From: Mobula hypostoma
Lineage: Eukaryota
Direction of reading: 5' to 3'
NCBI RefSeq assembly: GCF_963921235.1
Contig: NC_086097.1
Span: 140,556,001 to 140,620,000, forward strand
DNA length: 64,000 bases
Numbering within the stretch: the first letter of the stretch is position 1; each line of letters begins with the position of its first letter. The notes under the pieces are model-generated. The model was not told the origin of the DNA, searched no databases, and was given only the letters and a program-made list of their open reading frames with translations. Below are positions 12,616 through 25,194 of the stretch, piece after piece. The position numbers were made by a program, and so were the translations under genes.

Positions 12616-12648
12616 ATGGTGGATAAAGAGAGTTTGCAGATGTTAGAG
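12616..12648 (+). CDS. NT5C3A: Candidate alternative N-terminal coding exon of NT5C3A (MVDKESLQMLE); full exon possibly 12486-12648
   Basis: Strong Kozak context gcaagATGG, 11 codons, phase-0 donor GAG|gtatgc in frame with exon 28108. Loosely resembles the human short-isoform leader MTNQESAVHVKM. Upstream acceptor ctcttcag| at 12485 with a pyrimidine tract. Confidence 0.6.
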
Positions 12649-13299
12649 GTATGCTTTCTGGAAATTTGAGCTTGAGTTATAACAAAAATGCAGCCAGTCA
12701 TATTCTTTAGGGAGATGCTTCTACATGCAGAGATGATTAAAACTGCTGCATAACTCTGTTAGTTTAAAATTCAGGATTTTTTTTTAAAGCTTGCATACTT
12801 TCCTAGAAAAGTAATTTTGCTTTGTTCTAGTTTTAGTAAGCTGTAGCCAATGCTTAAACCTGTAATCACACTGATAACCAAAGTGAATTTTAAAAGCACT
12901 GACTATAAGTAAACTGGAATTCTAACTGCCCAAACCAGTGTTGCTGGAGTACTGGGTTGCAGTGTGATCTTTGTATAATTACTGGACTCAAAACCATTAC
13001 TTCAGAATGTTGGTACATTTAGACTGTTTGGGCCAGTCATGAACATTTCAAAGCATAATTATTCTGACATTGCGGTGAAGGCCTCTGTACTACAAGTTAA
13101 ACATAGCTTTGAATATAGTGGCCTTATGCTTCGTCAGCAGCCTCTCTTTATCTGCCGATCTGAGATACAAAGGCTGATTTTTAAGTTGTTCCTCAGTTCT
13201 GATTAATACAAATATCCTGCAGTGCCTTTTTTTTCCTGTTCTGTGAATTTTGAAACGGCAACCTTGACTTTATTACATGGAAATTCTGTTTTGCATGTA

Positions 13300-14841
13300 C
13301 AGGCGTCCCCTGCTTTTCGAACGTTCGCTTTACGAAACCTCACTGTTACGAAAGAGCTACATTAGTTCCCTGTTTTCGCTTACAGAAGGTATTTTCACTG
13401 TTACAAAAAAAGGCAGTGCGCGATAAAAAAGCAGCGCGCGAAAACAAAAGGCAGTGCGCACCCCTGGATTCGGAACTGCATTCTAGCCGGCATTGCTTAA
13501 ACACGTGCCTGTGAGCAGCCGTTTGCAAGGTGAGTTTTAAGGTATCAGAAAAGCCTGAAAGAGCTCGTAAGTGTGTTACACTTAGCATAAAACTAGACAT
13601 AATTAAGCGTTTTGATCGTGGTGAACGAAGCAAGGACAAAGCTTGTGGAAGCTGATGAAGATGATGTTGAAGAGATTTTAGCATCCCATGACCAAGAACT
13701 GATAGATGAAGAGCTGATGCAATTGGAAGAGGAAAGGATAACAACCGAAACCGAATGAGTAATGATAAAGTATGACTTTAATTTTGAAAGGGTACGTCGG
13801 TTTAGGGTATATTTGCAAGATGGTTTGAATCCTTACAAAGAACTGTATGATCTAAAAATGCGCGAGGCTAAGCAGTCAAGCGAGCCTTCCACATCAGCCA
13901 CAGCAGACGACGAACCTCGACCTTCGACATTGAGACAGGCAGTCATAGAAGAAGGTGACCTGCCTGCCCTAATGGAAACAGACGACGATGAGATGACACT
14001 TCAGTGTCCCACCACCCCAACCCCCAGGCTGCGGACAGATACCGATTCGCAGAGAATGCAGCGGTAGCCGGGAGACACACAGCACATCTTTAAGAAAAAA
14101 AAGTCAAAATAAACATGCTAATTAATTAGGTGCCGCCCGGCACGTAATTGTCGGCCCAGATCAGAGGTGATTGCCGATTGCATTGCCTCTGATCTGGGCC
14201 GACAATTACGTGCTGGGCGGCACCTAATCAATTAGCATGCTTATTTCGGCTTTTTTCTTAAAGATGTGCTGGGTGCGTCCTGGCTACCGCTGTACCCTTG
14301 CATGCTTCGCGGATCGATATCAGTTCGCTGCCACGAGGATGGGGGCCACTGCACCTCCCAGGCTCCGACGACTCAGCCTGACATACCATCATCAGTGTCT
14401 TCCCAATTCCAGTAAGTGATACTACACTGTACATACATTATTTCTACTTTATATAGGCTGTGTATTTTTACGTGTTATTTGGTATGATTTGGCAGCTTCA
14501 TAGCTTAAAGGTTACTGGAGAACACTTGCGCTGTGTTTTTGCCGAGAGCGCTTGCGTGAGATTTTCGCTACGGAGAGCAGTTCAGGAAATGATTGTGGAA
14601 AAGTATTTCTACTTTATATAGGCTGTGTATTTATCATATCATTCCTGCTTTTACTATATGTTACTGTTATTTTAGGTTTTATGTGTTATTTGGCATGATT
14701 TGGTAGGTTATTTTTGGGACTGCGAACGCTCACAAAATTTTCCCATATAAATAAATGATAATTGCTTCTTCACTTTACGGCGTTCCGGCTTACGAACCGT
14801 TTCATAGGAATGCTGTACCTTCGGATGGCGGGGGAAACCTG
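13300..14841 (+). mobile_element. Non-autonomous Tigger/pogo-type DNA transposon, copy 2
   Basis: TA|caggcgtcccc ... ggggaaacctg; colinear with 9575-11092; longer internal palindrome. Confidence 0.85.
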
Positions 14842-15809
14842 CACCTGGTTAGAATACCACCAAAAGTCGTACACGTACTGTGCTTCTATTTGTACTGCGT
14901 TTATTGCAGATAGTAAGTTGATTTCTAATAGGAGCAATAACGTTTATGGTAGAAACGGTCAACAGTCACCCTACAGACATTACCTCCATTGGACTTGCAA
15001 GCTTGAGCCAGCAGCTGTATTGTCTAGCACTTTTGCGTGTATAGTGAGGCGCCACATGTGGTAAATTGAAAGGGCACATTGTGTGCAAATAGCTTAAAGG
15101 AGTTGCTTAAGTAGAAAAGGAACTTAATATTGCATATTTTCTTCTACTTATTACGGGAACAGGCCCAAAACTATCACTGTTGTGTTCAAAATTGTGTCAT
15201 TTTAGCTCCATGTGTAATTGTGAAATAAATGTAGATGCATTCTACTTTTAACTAATATTATTATCACTGATCATTCAAACCTTCACCCTTTTACAGAGTG
15301 TTGAAGAGTGAGATATGAATAATCAGAGATGTAATAATACACAGTTGAAAGTAGATTGACACCTTAAGCATGAAATATGGCTTAGCCCTGCCAGATTATC
15401 TTGTCAACCTTGTAAACACAATAAAATTCTGCATTTATACAAATAAAGTACTTTGGCTGTACTTGCAACATTGTAGGGCCAGGTTATGGATACCACATAT
15501 ACAGATATAAATGATGATGGTACACGCATTTCCTTAGTCCCCTACCTCAAACTCCTCATTCTCTCCTTTTATTTCCTCTGTCTCAGCCACTTATTTTCCC
15601 TCCCTTTCTCTGCACCACCAAACCCTGGTTGTCCAGGTAGCCCCTCCACTCTTCCCTATCACAGATGTCATTTCAGCATGACTACACTAACTTAAATACA
15701 AGAAGCCTTGTGTTTGGGAAGGGGCTGAGTTATATTCCTAGAAAGCAGTTCATTTCATGATATTCTTTTGTGTGAAGCTACATGATCTATGCATGCATCA
15801 AGAAAGGGA

Positions 15810-16010
15810 AAGCAACACACAAAACGCTAGAGGAACTTAGCAAGTCAGGCAGCACCTGTGGAAATAAATAAGCAGTGGATGTTTCAGGCCAGAACCCTTC
15901 TTCAGGACTGGAAATGAAGGGGGAAGATGCAGAAGTAAAAAGGTGGGGGGAGGGGAAGAAGGATAGCTAGAGGAGAAATAAGAGGGGGAATAGAAAGGGG
16001 GGAGAGAATT
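15810..16010 (-). mobile_element. Penelope-like terminal fragment
   Basis: Reverse complement of the shared terminal motif, including CTGAAGA...GAAA. Confidence 0.7.
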
Positions 16011-16121
16011 TTTTTGGAAAATAAATAATTATGTACATTTTTCACATAGATTACATAAAAGTGAATTTTATTCTCTCTCAAATTTTTTGGCATTGATTTG
16101 TGAATTTTTGAAAGGCATATA

Positions 16122-17748
16122 CAGTGGCATGCAAAAGTTTGGGCACCCCTGGTCAAAATTTCTGTTACTGTGAATAGTTAAGTGAGTAGAAAATGAACTG
16201 ATCTCCAAAAGTCATAAAGTTAAAGATGAAACATTCCTTTCAAGATTTTAAGCAAGATTAGTGTATTATTTTTGTTTTGTACAATTTTAGAGTGGGGAAA
16301 AAAGGAAAGGAGCACTATGCAAAAGTTTGGGCACCCCAAGAGATTTGAGCTCTCAGATAACTTTTACCAAGGTCTCAGACCTTAACTAACTTGTTAGGGC
16401 TATGGCTTGTTCACAGTTATCGTTAGGAAAGGGCAGGTGATGCAAATTTCAAAGCTTTATAAATACCCTGACTCTTTAAACCTTGTCCCAACAACCAGCA
16501 GCCATGGACTCCTCTAAGCAGCTGCCTAGCACTCTGAAAATTAAAATAAATGACGCCCACAAAGCAGGAAAAGGCTATAAGAAGATAGCAAAGTGTTTTC
16601 AGGTAGCCGTTTCCTCAGTTCGTAATGTAATTAAGAAATGGCAGTTAACAGGAACGGTGGAGGTCAAGTTGAGGTCTGGAAGACCAAGAAAACTTTCCGA
16701 GAGAACTGCTTGTAGGCTTGCTAGAAAGCCAAATCAAAACCCCTGTTTGACTGCAAAAGACCTTCAGGAAGATTTAGCAGACTCTGGAATGGCGGTGCAC
16801 TGTTCTACTGTGTAGTGATATCTGCACAAATATGACCTTCATGGAAGAGTCATCAGAAGAAAACCTTTCCTGCGTCCTCACCACAAAATTTAGCGTCAGA
16901 AGTTTGCAAAGGAACATCTAAACAAGATGCATTTTGGAAACAAGTCCTGTGGACTGATGAAGTTAAAATAGAACTTTTTGGGCTCAATGAGCAAAGGTAT
17001 GTTTGGAGAAAAGAGGGTGCAGAATTTCATGAAAAGAACACCTCTCCAACTGTTAAGCACTGGGGTGGATCGATCATGTTTTGGGCTTGTGTTGCAGCCA
17101 GTGGCAGGGGGAACATTTCACTGGTAGAAGGAAGAATGAATTCAATTAAATTCTGGAAATTCTGGAAGCAAACATCACACCGTCTGTTTTTAAAAAAAAA
17201 AGCTGAAGATGAAAAGAGGATGGTTTTTACAACAGGATAATGATCCTAAACACAACTCAAAATCCACAATGGACTACCTCAAGAGGCGCAAGCTGAAGGT
17301 TTTTCCATGGCCCTCACAGTCCCCCGTCCTAAACATCATCGAAAATCTGTGGATAGACCTCAAAAGAGCAGTGCATGCAAGACGGCCCAAGAATCTCACG
17401 GAACTAGAAGCCTTTTGCAAGGAAGAATGGGCGAAAATCCCCTAAACAAGAATTGAAAGACTCTTAGCTCACTACAGAAAGCGTTTACAAGCTATGATAC
17501 TTGCCAAAGGGGGTGTTACTAAGTACTGACCATGCAAGGTGCCCAAACTTTTACTTTGGACCTTCTCCTTTTTTGTTATTTTGAAACTGTAAAAGATGGA
17601 AATAAAAAAAGTAATCTTGCTTAAAATATTAAAGAAATGTGTCATCTTTACCTTTATGCCTTTTGGAAATCAGGTCATCTTTTACTCGCTTAGCTATTCA
17701 CAGTAACAGAAATTTTGACTGGGGTGCCCAAACTTTTGCATGCCACTG
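16122..17748 (+). mobile_element. Tc1-family DNA transposon with IR/DR-type long TIRs; inactive transposase 16504-17529
   Basis: TA|cagtggcatgcaaaagtttgggcaccc ... ggtgcccaaacttttgcatgccactg|TA; inner repeats near 16317 and 17538; [38 protein letters not shown]; stops and frameshifts. Confidence 0.95.
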
Positions 17749-17927
17749 TATATGTTGCCTGTCAGATGGGGTCATCTACATTGAAGAATTGGTCAGTCAA
17801 GTGCGGCATGAGAATGTGAATACAAATGAGGTGGGATAGTATTGAAAAAATATCAAGGTGAAAAGTTCTTGTCTGCTGCTGTCCCACCAATCTGAATGGC
17901 CATGTTACAGTGTTAACAGAGCATCAC

Positions 17928-18186
17928 GGGCAGCGTGGTTATGTAGCGGTTAGCATCTCACAATAATACAGTGCCAATGACCTGGGTTCAATTCCACTGC
18001 TGTCCCTAATTACTTTGTACGTTCTCCCCGTTTCTGTGTGCGTTTCTTCCAGCTGCTCCAGTTTCCTCCCACATTCCAAAGGCATATGAGTTAGTAGGTT
18101 AATGGTGATGTGGGTGAATCGGGCACTGTGGGCTATGTTGGGCTGGAAGGGCCTGTTACTGTGCTGTATCTCTAAATAAAAATAAC
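17928..18186 (+). mobile_element. tRNA-derived V-domain SINE (HE1-like)
   Basis: A-box and B-box (gggttcaattcc), V-domain-like gttctccccgt...gtttcctcccacattccaaa, CR1-like tail gggcctgttactgtgctgtatctctaaataaa. Confidence 0.75.
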
Positions 18187-18769
18187 CATGATGCAGAACA
18201 GCAGAGGAAGAAAATAGGTGCAGTTCCCCATTCACGTACATGAGTCCTACAAGCCATGTTGCCTGCCTAATTTATGGGTTGTGATGCCTGGAGTATGGAA
18301 GGGAAGATTGTCGTGGTCCTTCTTGGAACCAAAGACACATGATTAGACCAAGGAGTTTGTCCTGCTACAGAAATGACTCACTGGAGTCAAAATTAGAAAG
18401 CAGAGCCATGAAGGCAATAGTCTCCACTAGTACCTGAGTCACAAGAAAATCGGAATAGGTGCAATAAGATTAGAGAATTGAGTTGGTAACATTAGAGAGT
18501 GGAAGATTGGTGTGGGATGAATGCATTTAAATTCATGAGATTGGCATTAGTTCTGGGAAAGAAGTAATGTTCATTAACAAGATACATGAATTAATGGTGC
18601 AAGTAGAATTGAATGGATATGATCCAATCACCATTACAGAGATATGGTTATTTGGGTTATTTTTTAGAAAATAAGCTCTTAAATGAACAAAAATCAGGAT
18701 AGCCTTTTAAAGAATGGGATAAAGGTAGTGGAGGGAAAGTTCAGTAAATTAAAAGGACAAATTGAGGCA

Positions 18770-19085
18770 TTGATCGTGTGAATAGTCAAAGACTTTTTCC
18801 CAGGGCTGAAATGGCTAACATGAAAGGACACAGTTTTAAGGTGCTTGGAAGCAGGTACAGAGGAGACGTCAGGGGTAAGCTTTTTACGCAGAGAGTGGTG
18901 AGTGCGTGGAATGGGCTGCTGGCGATGGTGGTAGAGGCAGATCTATTGGGGTCTTTTAAGAGGCTCCTAGATAGGTACATGGAGCTTAGAAAAATAGAGG
19001 ACTATGGGTAACCCGAGGTAATTTCTAAAGTAAGTACATGTTCTGCACAGCATTGTGGGCCGAAGGGCCTGTAGGTTTTCTATGT
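18770..19085 (+). mobile_element. CR1 LINE 3' fragment
   Basis: RGHSFKV-like and FTQRVVSAWNGL motifs. Confidence 0.8.
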
Positions 19086-22000
19086 AAGTCAATTTTGCTA
19101 CTGCTGAGAAACAGTAAGGAAAAGGGAATGTTGATTCAAGTTGTCTGAAGTGTTTGAAGCTGTAATGGAGATTTGGGACACGGTATATAAATGAAGAAAT
19201 TAAATGAACGTGTAACGAAAATAGTGCAACATTGGAGACCTCACACAAATTGAAAATTAAAAAAATACAGATGCTGGGAATCTGAATAGAAACTGAACAT
19301 ACTTGAGGCAATAAGCAAGTTAAGCAACATCTGTGGAAAGAGAAGCATTTACCATTTCAAGTCAAGACACTTCATCAGAACTGGGATAGTTTTAATTTGC
19401 AGGAAGTGAGGGGGAGAAATAGGCAAATGGAATGTTGTCAAGAGGGCGAGTCCAAGGTTAAATGGTGATTACAAAACTGACTGGTTCATAGATTAATGAA
19501 CTTGGGTAGCATTTGGATGGGGGGAGCAGGGCACAAAGAAAAGTTGATATTTCAGGTCAACAATCTTTCGGGTGAATACTGAAAATGACCAGCGGATGTG
19601 GCAGTAACTGTAGATAAAGGAGATACAAAGTTAATATTATGGATGTTAAACCTTATTGTTGAACTGGCCAGTTCTGATTCAAAATGAGTTGCCCAAAAGG
19701 GTGTTCTTTATGGACCAAACAAACATTCTTTATAAAGCAGTCACCAAATATGTAGTTGGTTTCACCTGTGAAGGCAAGGAGACAACACTGCACCAAATGC
19801 AATGCACCAGTTTGAAAGAAGTGTAAACAAAACTCAAGAAATTAAAAAGCTACATTTAGGAATAAAGTCACATCCTGATGATTTGCATCCCCATCCTGAC
19901 AGTGGCTGTGGAGATAGTGCATGGTGCTGATTGTCATTTTCTGAAAAAAGAAATCCACAGATTCCATAATTTCCCCAAATTGGAAAGACCAAATATAAGC
20001 CCACTATATGAGGAAGGAGGAAGAATAAAAAAAACTGACAAGCTGGTTATCCTGACATCAGTAGTGGACAAATTCTTAAATCTTTTTAAGCATCAGGTAT
20101 TGATAACATAAAAGTAATAACTGAATTGGTCAAAACCATATGGAAAGTGAAATCATGTTGTGCTTTTATTTGAGGGTGTAACTAGCAGGAGAGAACATGG
20201 AAAGGAGGCTTTGTTTTTGCACTTTTGTATGGTCTTTGATAAGATTATTGAACAAAACCAGAGTAAATAGTATCAGAAATCTGTGTTGTTCACAGTCCTC
20301 CCCCTCACATGCACCTGTTCCCTGGCTCATACTCTTTACAACATCCCAGGTTCCCATCTGCTTCTTGGGGAAACCCCCACCACTCATGTAGATTGAAGCC
20401 CAGAATATACCCTTTCCTTCCCAATCACCTCCCTCCAAAAGCTTCTGCCAGTCAAATAAAAGAAATTCAGTCTTCCTGTCAGCATTCACCTGGTGGACCC
20501 CAAGCACTGGAAGAGAAGGAGGATTCATCTAACCCTAACCCCAACCCTGACCCTGGCTCAGTGCTGTACATCTCACTCAGCCACCATCATCTTGGTGGGG
20601 GTGGAGTTGAGATGGCAAAACAGACAAAATCCTTCAGAAAGCAGTTCTGGACTGAATTTTTTGACCTTGCCTTCAAAAAGGTAAAAACAAACCATGGAAT
20701 CTCAGAGGTATCTTAATCATGGCCTACCATCAAATAGTAATTACATAGTAGGATCCCAGCCATGTCACAGTGAAAATTTTCATAACTTGAGCCTCTGAGT
20801 AGCCAACGGTTCCTTCCACAGGTGACATGCAAGAGGGCCCACAGACATGATAGCAATGCAAAAAAAAAACCAAGAAAAATGCATCAATCTTTTTCATCTT
20901 CATAAAAGCCTTTTCCTCAATGTGAAGGATTATGAAAGATTTTTGTCAGATTTGGCTGCCCCTAACAATTTTCATCATACTGCACCTCACCTTGGCAGTG
21001 AAGTTGTTATTCCACAGGACAAGCCAGAATGGTTCAACTTTCATCCCCTCGACTCTGAAACCAAAATTACCCAATGTTGGCTTATTACATTGTGCAGATG
21101 TTTGTGTATGCGTATGTCTGATTTCATCTTCAAAACTACTGTTGAGTCCCTGTATCACTTTGATACAACTCAGGAGTCACCTCTGGACAAAATGAAACTC
21201 TAGTTATGAGATCCATTACTGAATGCATTGACACAGCTTTTTGAAGAAAGCCCAATATCTAAACACAGCACAAACCTGATGGTCTACTCAGCAGTCATCC
21301 TGCAGTCCTTTACATGTTATAGACATTGTAGTTTGGGCACTTCAGAGCATTAGTGATGTACTATCAATGCTATCGACACAAAATCTTACTGTATACTATC
21401 AAAATAGGCAAACCAATATCATTGTCCTGTCGTTGACCAACCTTGCCATGTGTAAGGTTTTGGGTACACAATCTGCTCTGATTGTCTTTATTCTTGATTG
21501 TAGGCTCCTGAAACAACCATACAACCTTTAGCTCCAATATTGCCTTCCAAGGGAGCAGAAGAAAACCAAATATCCTTAATGACTTGTTAATAACCTTTCA
21601 ATACGCAACATCTTGGTGGCCCTACTAGAATAGTAAAGGGAAGCTAAGGGGCAACTTTTTCACTCAGAGGGTGGACTATATTTGGAAGAAGCTGTTATAG
21701 AAAACGTGTTTAAAATAAATCTGGACAGGTGTATCTAGGTAGAAAAAGGTTTAGAGGGATATGGGCTAAACACAGGCAAATGGAAAAGTTATTATAGCCA
21801 TCGTCAGAAGCGAGGACAAGTTGGGCTTTAGGGCCTGTTTCTGTCCTGCATAACTATTATTCTGAGCACAACTAATTCAAGGGTAATAAAGATTTGGTCA
21901 GTTGATGATGCGTATATGAAGGTACCAAGCACCATGTCCCAGTGAGGACCAAGTGCAACCTGGATACTAGCAAAAGCATACTAAACAATCCACCCATTCA

Positions 22001-22489
22001 CAGCTCCACCTGTACTACTGAGGGAAGAAACTTGTAGATCTCACATAAAACTTATTAGTCACCTTAGAACCTGCAGAACTGTGGTAGAAGTAAGTCTTCC
22101 TTAACCCCAAGCAAATGCCTAAAATTACCAGACTACATTCTTTGATGAATGAACTGTAATGGTTTTATTAAGGGGTAATTAATTGATCAATAATTCCTTT
22201 AGCCCTTAATCCAATTGATTTTGTATAGATTCAATCCGTCAAATAAATACTTAAAACCAAATATACTTTGTTCTGTGTTTTTAATATTTCACCATTCTTC
22301 CATAATATTTCAGTTTTTATATAGCACTTTACAAACTGTTTTTGTTAAATCAATTCAGCATGTTTATTTTTTAAATTTGGCACTGTTGAGGTTCAGTGTG
22401 ATTTGTTGTTCAGCTAGCATGATGACAATGGTTAGAGTATGCTGGAGCCCCCAGTAGAATTGATAGTGACTGATGTTGGCAAAGAGATC

Positions 22490-23565
22490 CTAAGATTACA
22501 AAGCACAGAAAAGGACCCTTTGTCCCAACTTGTCTGTCCATGAACCTAACTGAATGTCTCTTTTAATGTTGTAATTTCACCCACCCCTACCACCACATCT
22601 AGCAGCTTTTTCCAAATATCCATCGCACTCTGTGTGGAAATACTTCCCCTTCAATCCTCTTTTTAAATCTCTCCCATCTCTACTTAAACCTGTGCCTTCA
22701 AGTTTTAGACTCATCTGGGGAAAAGATCATGACTGGCTACCTAACAGCCTTTAAAACAGTGCATAACTTTATACACCTTTATAAAAGGTTTGTAAACCTT
22801 CTCTGCTGCAGTGGTAAACAGTCCCAACCTATCCAATCTCTCCTTCATAACTCAGCACTTCAGTCTGAGCATGTCTTTATGAGTTGAGTCATTAAGTTCA
22901 TGAGTCAGGAAGTTTTGTTGCAGCTTCATAAAGCTCTGGTTAGGCTGCATCTACAATATTGCATTCAGTTTCGGTCATCCCATTATAGGAAGTATGTGGA
23001 GACCTTGAGAAGGATTAAGAAGATGATTAAACAGATATTCCTTGGATTGGGGGTATGTGCAAAAAGGAAAGGTTGGATAAACTTGGGTTGTTTTCTCTGA
23101 AGTGATGCAAGTTGAGGGGAGACCTGCTAAATGTTCATAAGATTATGAGAGGCATAGATAGAATAATTATTCAGTATATTTTTTCCCCAGGGTTAAAGGG
23201 TCTGGTATTGGGACAGTACAGCACAGTACAAGCCCTTTGACCCAGAGCTAATCTTTCTTGAGCTAATGTTTTCTTGTTTTCTTGAGCTAATCTAACTCTG
23301 CATTCCTATATGACTCATAACCCTCCTTTTTTGTTGTATCCATGTGCTTATCTAAGGGTGTGTTCTAGACACCGTCCATTCTGCGTTTGGAGAAAAAGGT
23401 ATTTAAAAAAAAAAAAAATCTTCCTTGCCTTCCTCTGACATCTGTCCTAAGCTTTCTTGCACTCACCTTAAACACATGTCCTCTGGTATAGGCCATTGCT
23501 GCCCTGGGAAAAAGGTATTGTCTCTATGCTCTGTCCACATCTCATAATCGTTAACACCTCTATCA
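22490..23565. mobile_element. Cluster of old CR1 fragments in both orientations
   Basis: LLQLHKALVRLHLQYCIQF on + (22900-23100), flanked by degenerate minus-strand CR1 3' ends. Confidence 0.65.
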
Positions 23566-24360
23566 AATTGAATCGAATTGACTTTGTTTCTTACATCCTT
23601 CACAAACATGAGTAAAAATCTTTATGTCATGTCTCCTCCTGAATGTGCAATTTATAGTAATTTGTAAAAAATAGTATGTACAACAGGACAGTCAATATAG
23701 CATAGAAATACATTTGTTTCAGCATGAATTAATCAGTTTGATGGCCTGGTGGAAGAAGCTGTCCTGGAGCCTGTTGGTCTTGGCTTTAATGCTACGGTAC
23801 TGTTCCCTGGATGATAGCAGCTGGAACAGTTTGTGGTTGGAGTGACTTGGGTCCCCAATGGTCCTTCAGGCCCTTTTTACATACCTGTCTCTGTAAATGT
23901 CCTGAATAGTGGGAAGTTCACATCTACAGAATCTTAACCTCTGCAGAATCTTGCAATTGAGGGAAGTACAGTTCCTATACCAGGCAGTGATGCAGCCAGT
24001 CACGATGCTCTCAATTGTGCCACTGTAGAAAGCCCTTAGGATTTGGGGACTCATGCCAAACTTTTTCAACTGTCTAACATGAAAGAGGTGCTGTTGTGCT
24101 TTTTTCACCACATAGCCGCTACGTACAGACCACTTGAGATCCTCAGTGATGTGTATGTTGAGGAACTTGAGGCTGTTCACCTGCTCAATCCCAGATCCAT
24201 TATGTCAATAGGGGTTAGCCCGTCTCCATTCCTCCTGTAGTATACAACCAGCTCATTTGTTTTTGCGACATTGAGGGAGAGGTTGTTTTCTGTGGGTGGC
24301 GACACAGTCATGGGTATACAGAGTGTAAAGGAGGGGGCTTAGGACACAGCCCTGAGGGCT
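23566..24360 (-). mobile_element. Rex/Babar-type LINE 3' fragment with (aattg)n tail
   Basis: KFLNIHITEDLKWS...KKAQQHLF...IESIVTGCITAWY. Confidence 0.8.
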
Positions 24361-25194
24361 GTGCATCTCATCCTCCGTAATTAAAAGAGAAAAACCTTAG
24401 ATCACCCAACCTTTCCTCCTTGGACCTGTTCTTTAATCCAGAAAGCATCCTATAAATCTTCTCGGAACCCTCTCTAAAGCATCCACATCCTTTCTGTAGT
24501 GAAACGAACTTGATCCTCCAAGTGTGATCTAACAAGAGCTTCGTAAAGATGCAACATTACTTTCCAGCCTTTGAACTCAATCCCCTGACTAATGAAGGCC
24601 AGCAGACCATGTCCCTTTTTAACCACCCTATTAACTTGTGTGGCAACTTTAAGGCATCTGTGGACTTGGGTTTCAAGATCCTTCTGTGTCTCCCCACTGT
24701 TAAAGATCCTACCTTTTTAACAGTGATGGGTGCTTTAAATACACTAGGCTGGTGATGGAAAGAGGCATTTAAGAGGCTCTTGTATAGACAGATGACTGCA
24801 CAGAGAATGGAGGGATATGTACATTGTGTCGGCTGAAGGGATTATTTTAATTAGGTGTTTAAGTAGCATGGAACCACGTCTAGGGCTAATTCTTACGTCT
24901 TCCCTATACTCCGTCTAGCATAATCACATTCCTGCAAAGTGTGGCAACCATTACTGTGCATAATATTCCAAGTGGGGACTAGACAATATTTTGTGCAACT
25001 GTTACATGACATAGCAACTTTTGTTCTCATTGCCTTGGCTGATGAAGCAAACATATCTTAACCTCCTTCACTACTTATCTACCTATGTTGCCTCTTTCAG
25101 AGAACTGTATAGTTGTACCCCTAGGTCACTCCGTTCAACAATTCTCCCCAGAACTCTACTGCCCTGCTCTAGTTACTTCCCAAAATACATCACT

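Noticed and set aside
17928..18000. tRNA gene
   Set aside because: A and B boxes are followed by a SINE body and LINE-like tail, with no intact cloverleaf.
20529..20555. Telomere-like taaccctaaccccaaccctgaccct
   Set aside because: Only about four degenerate units, too short to call an interstitial telomere.
20290..21620. ORFs of 118-135 aa as a possible unknown gene
   Set aside because: No recognisable domain or consistent splice sites; probably a very old retroelement remnant that I cannot classify.
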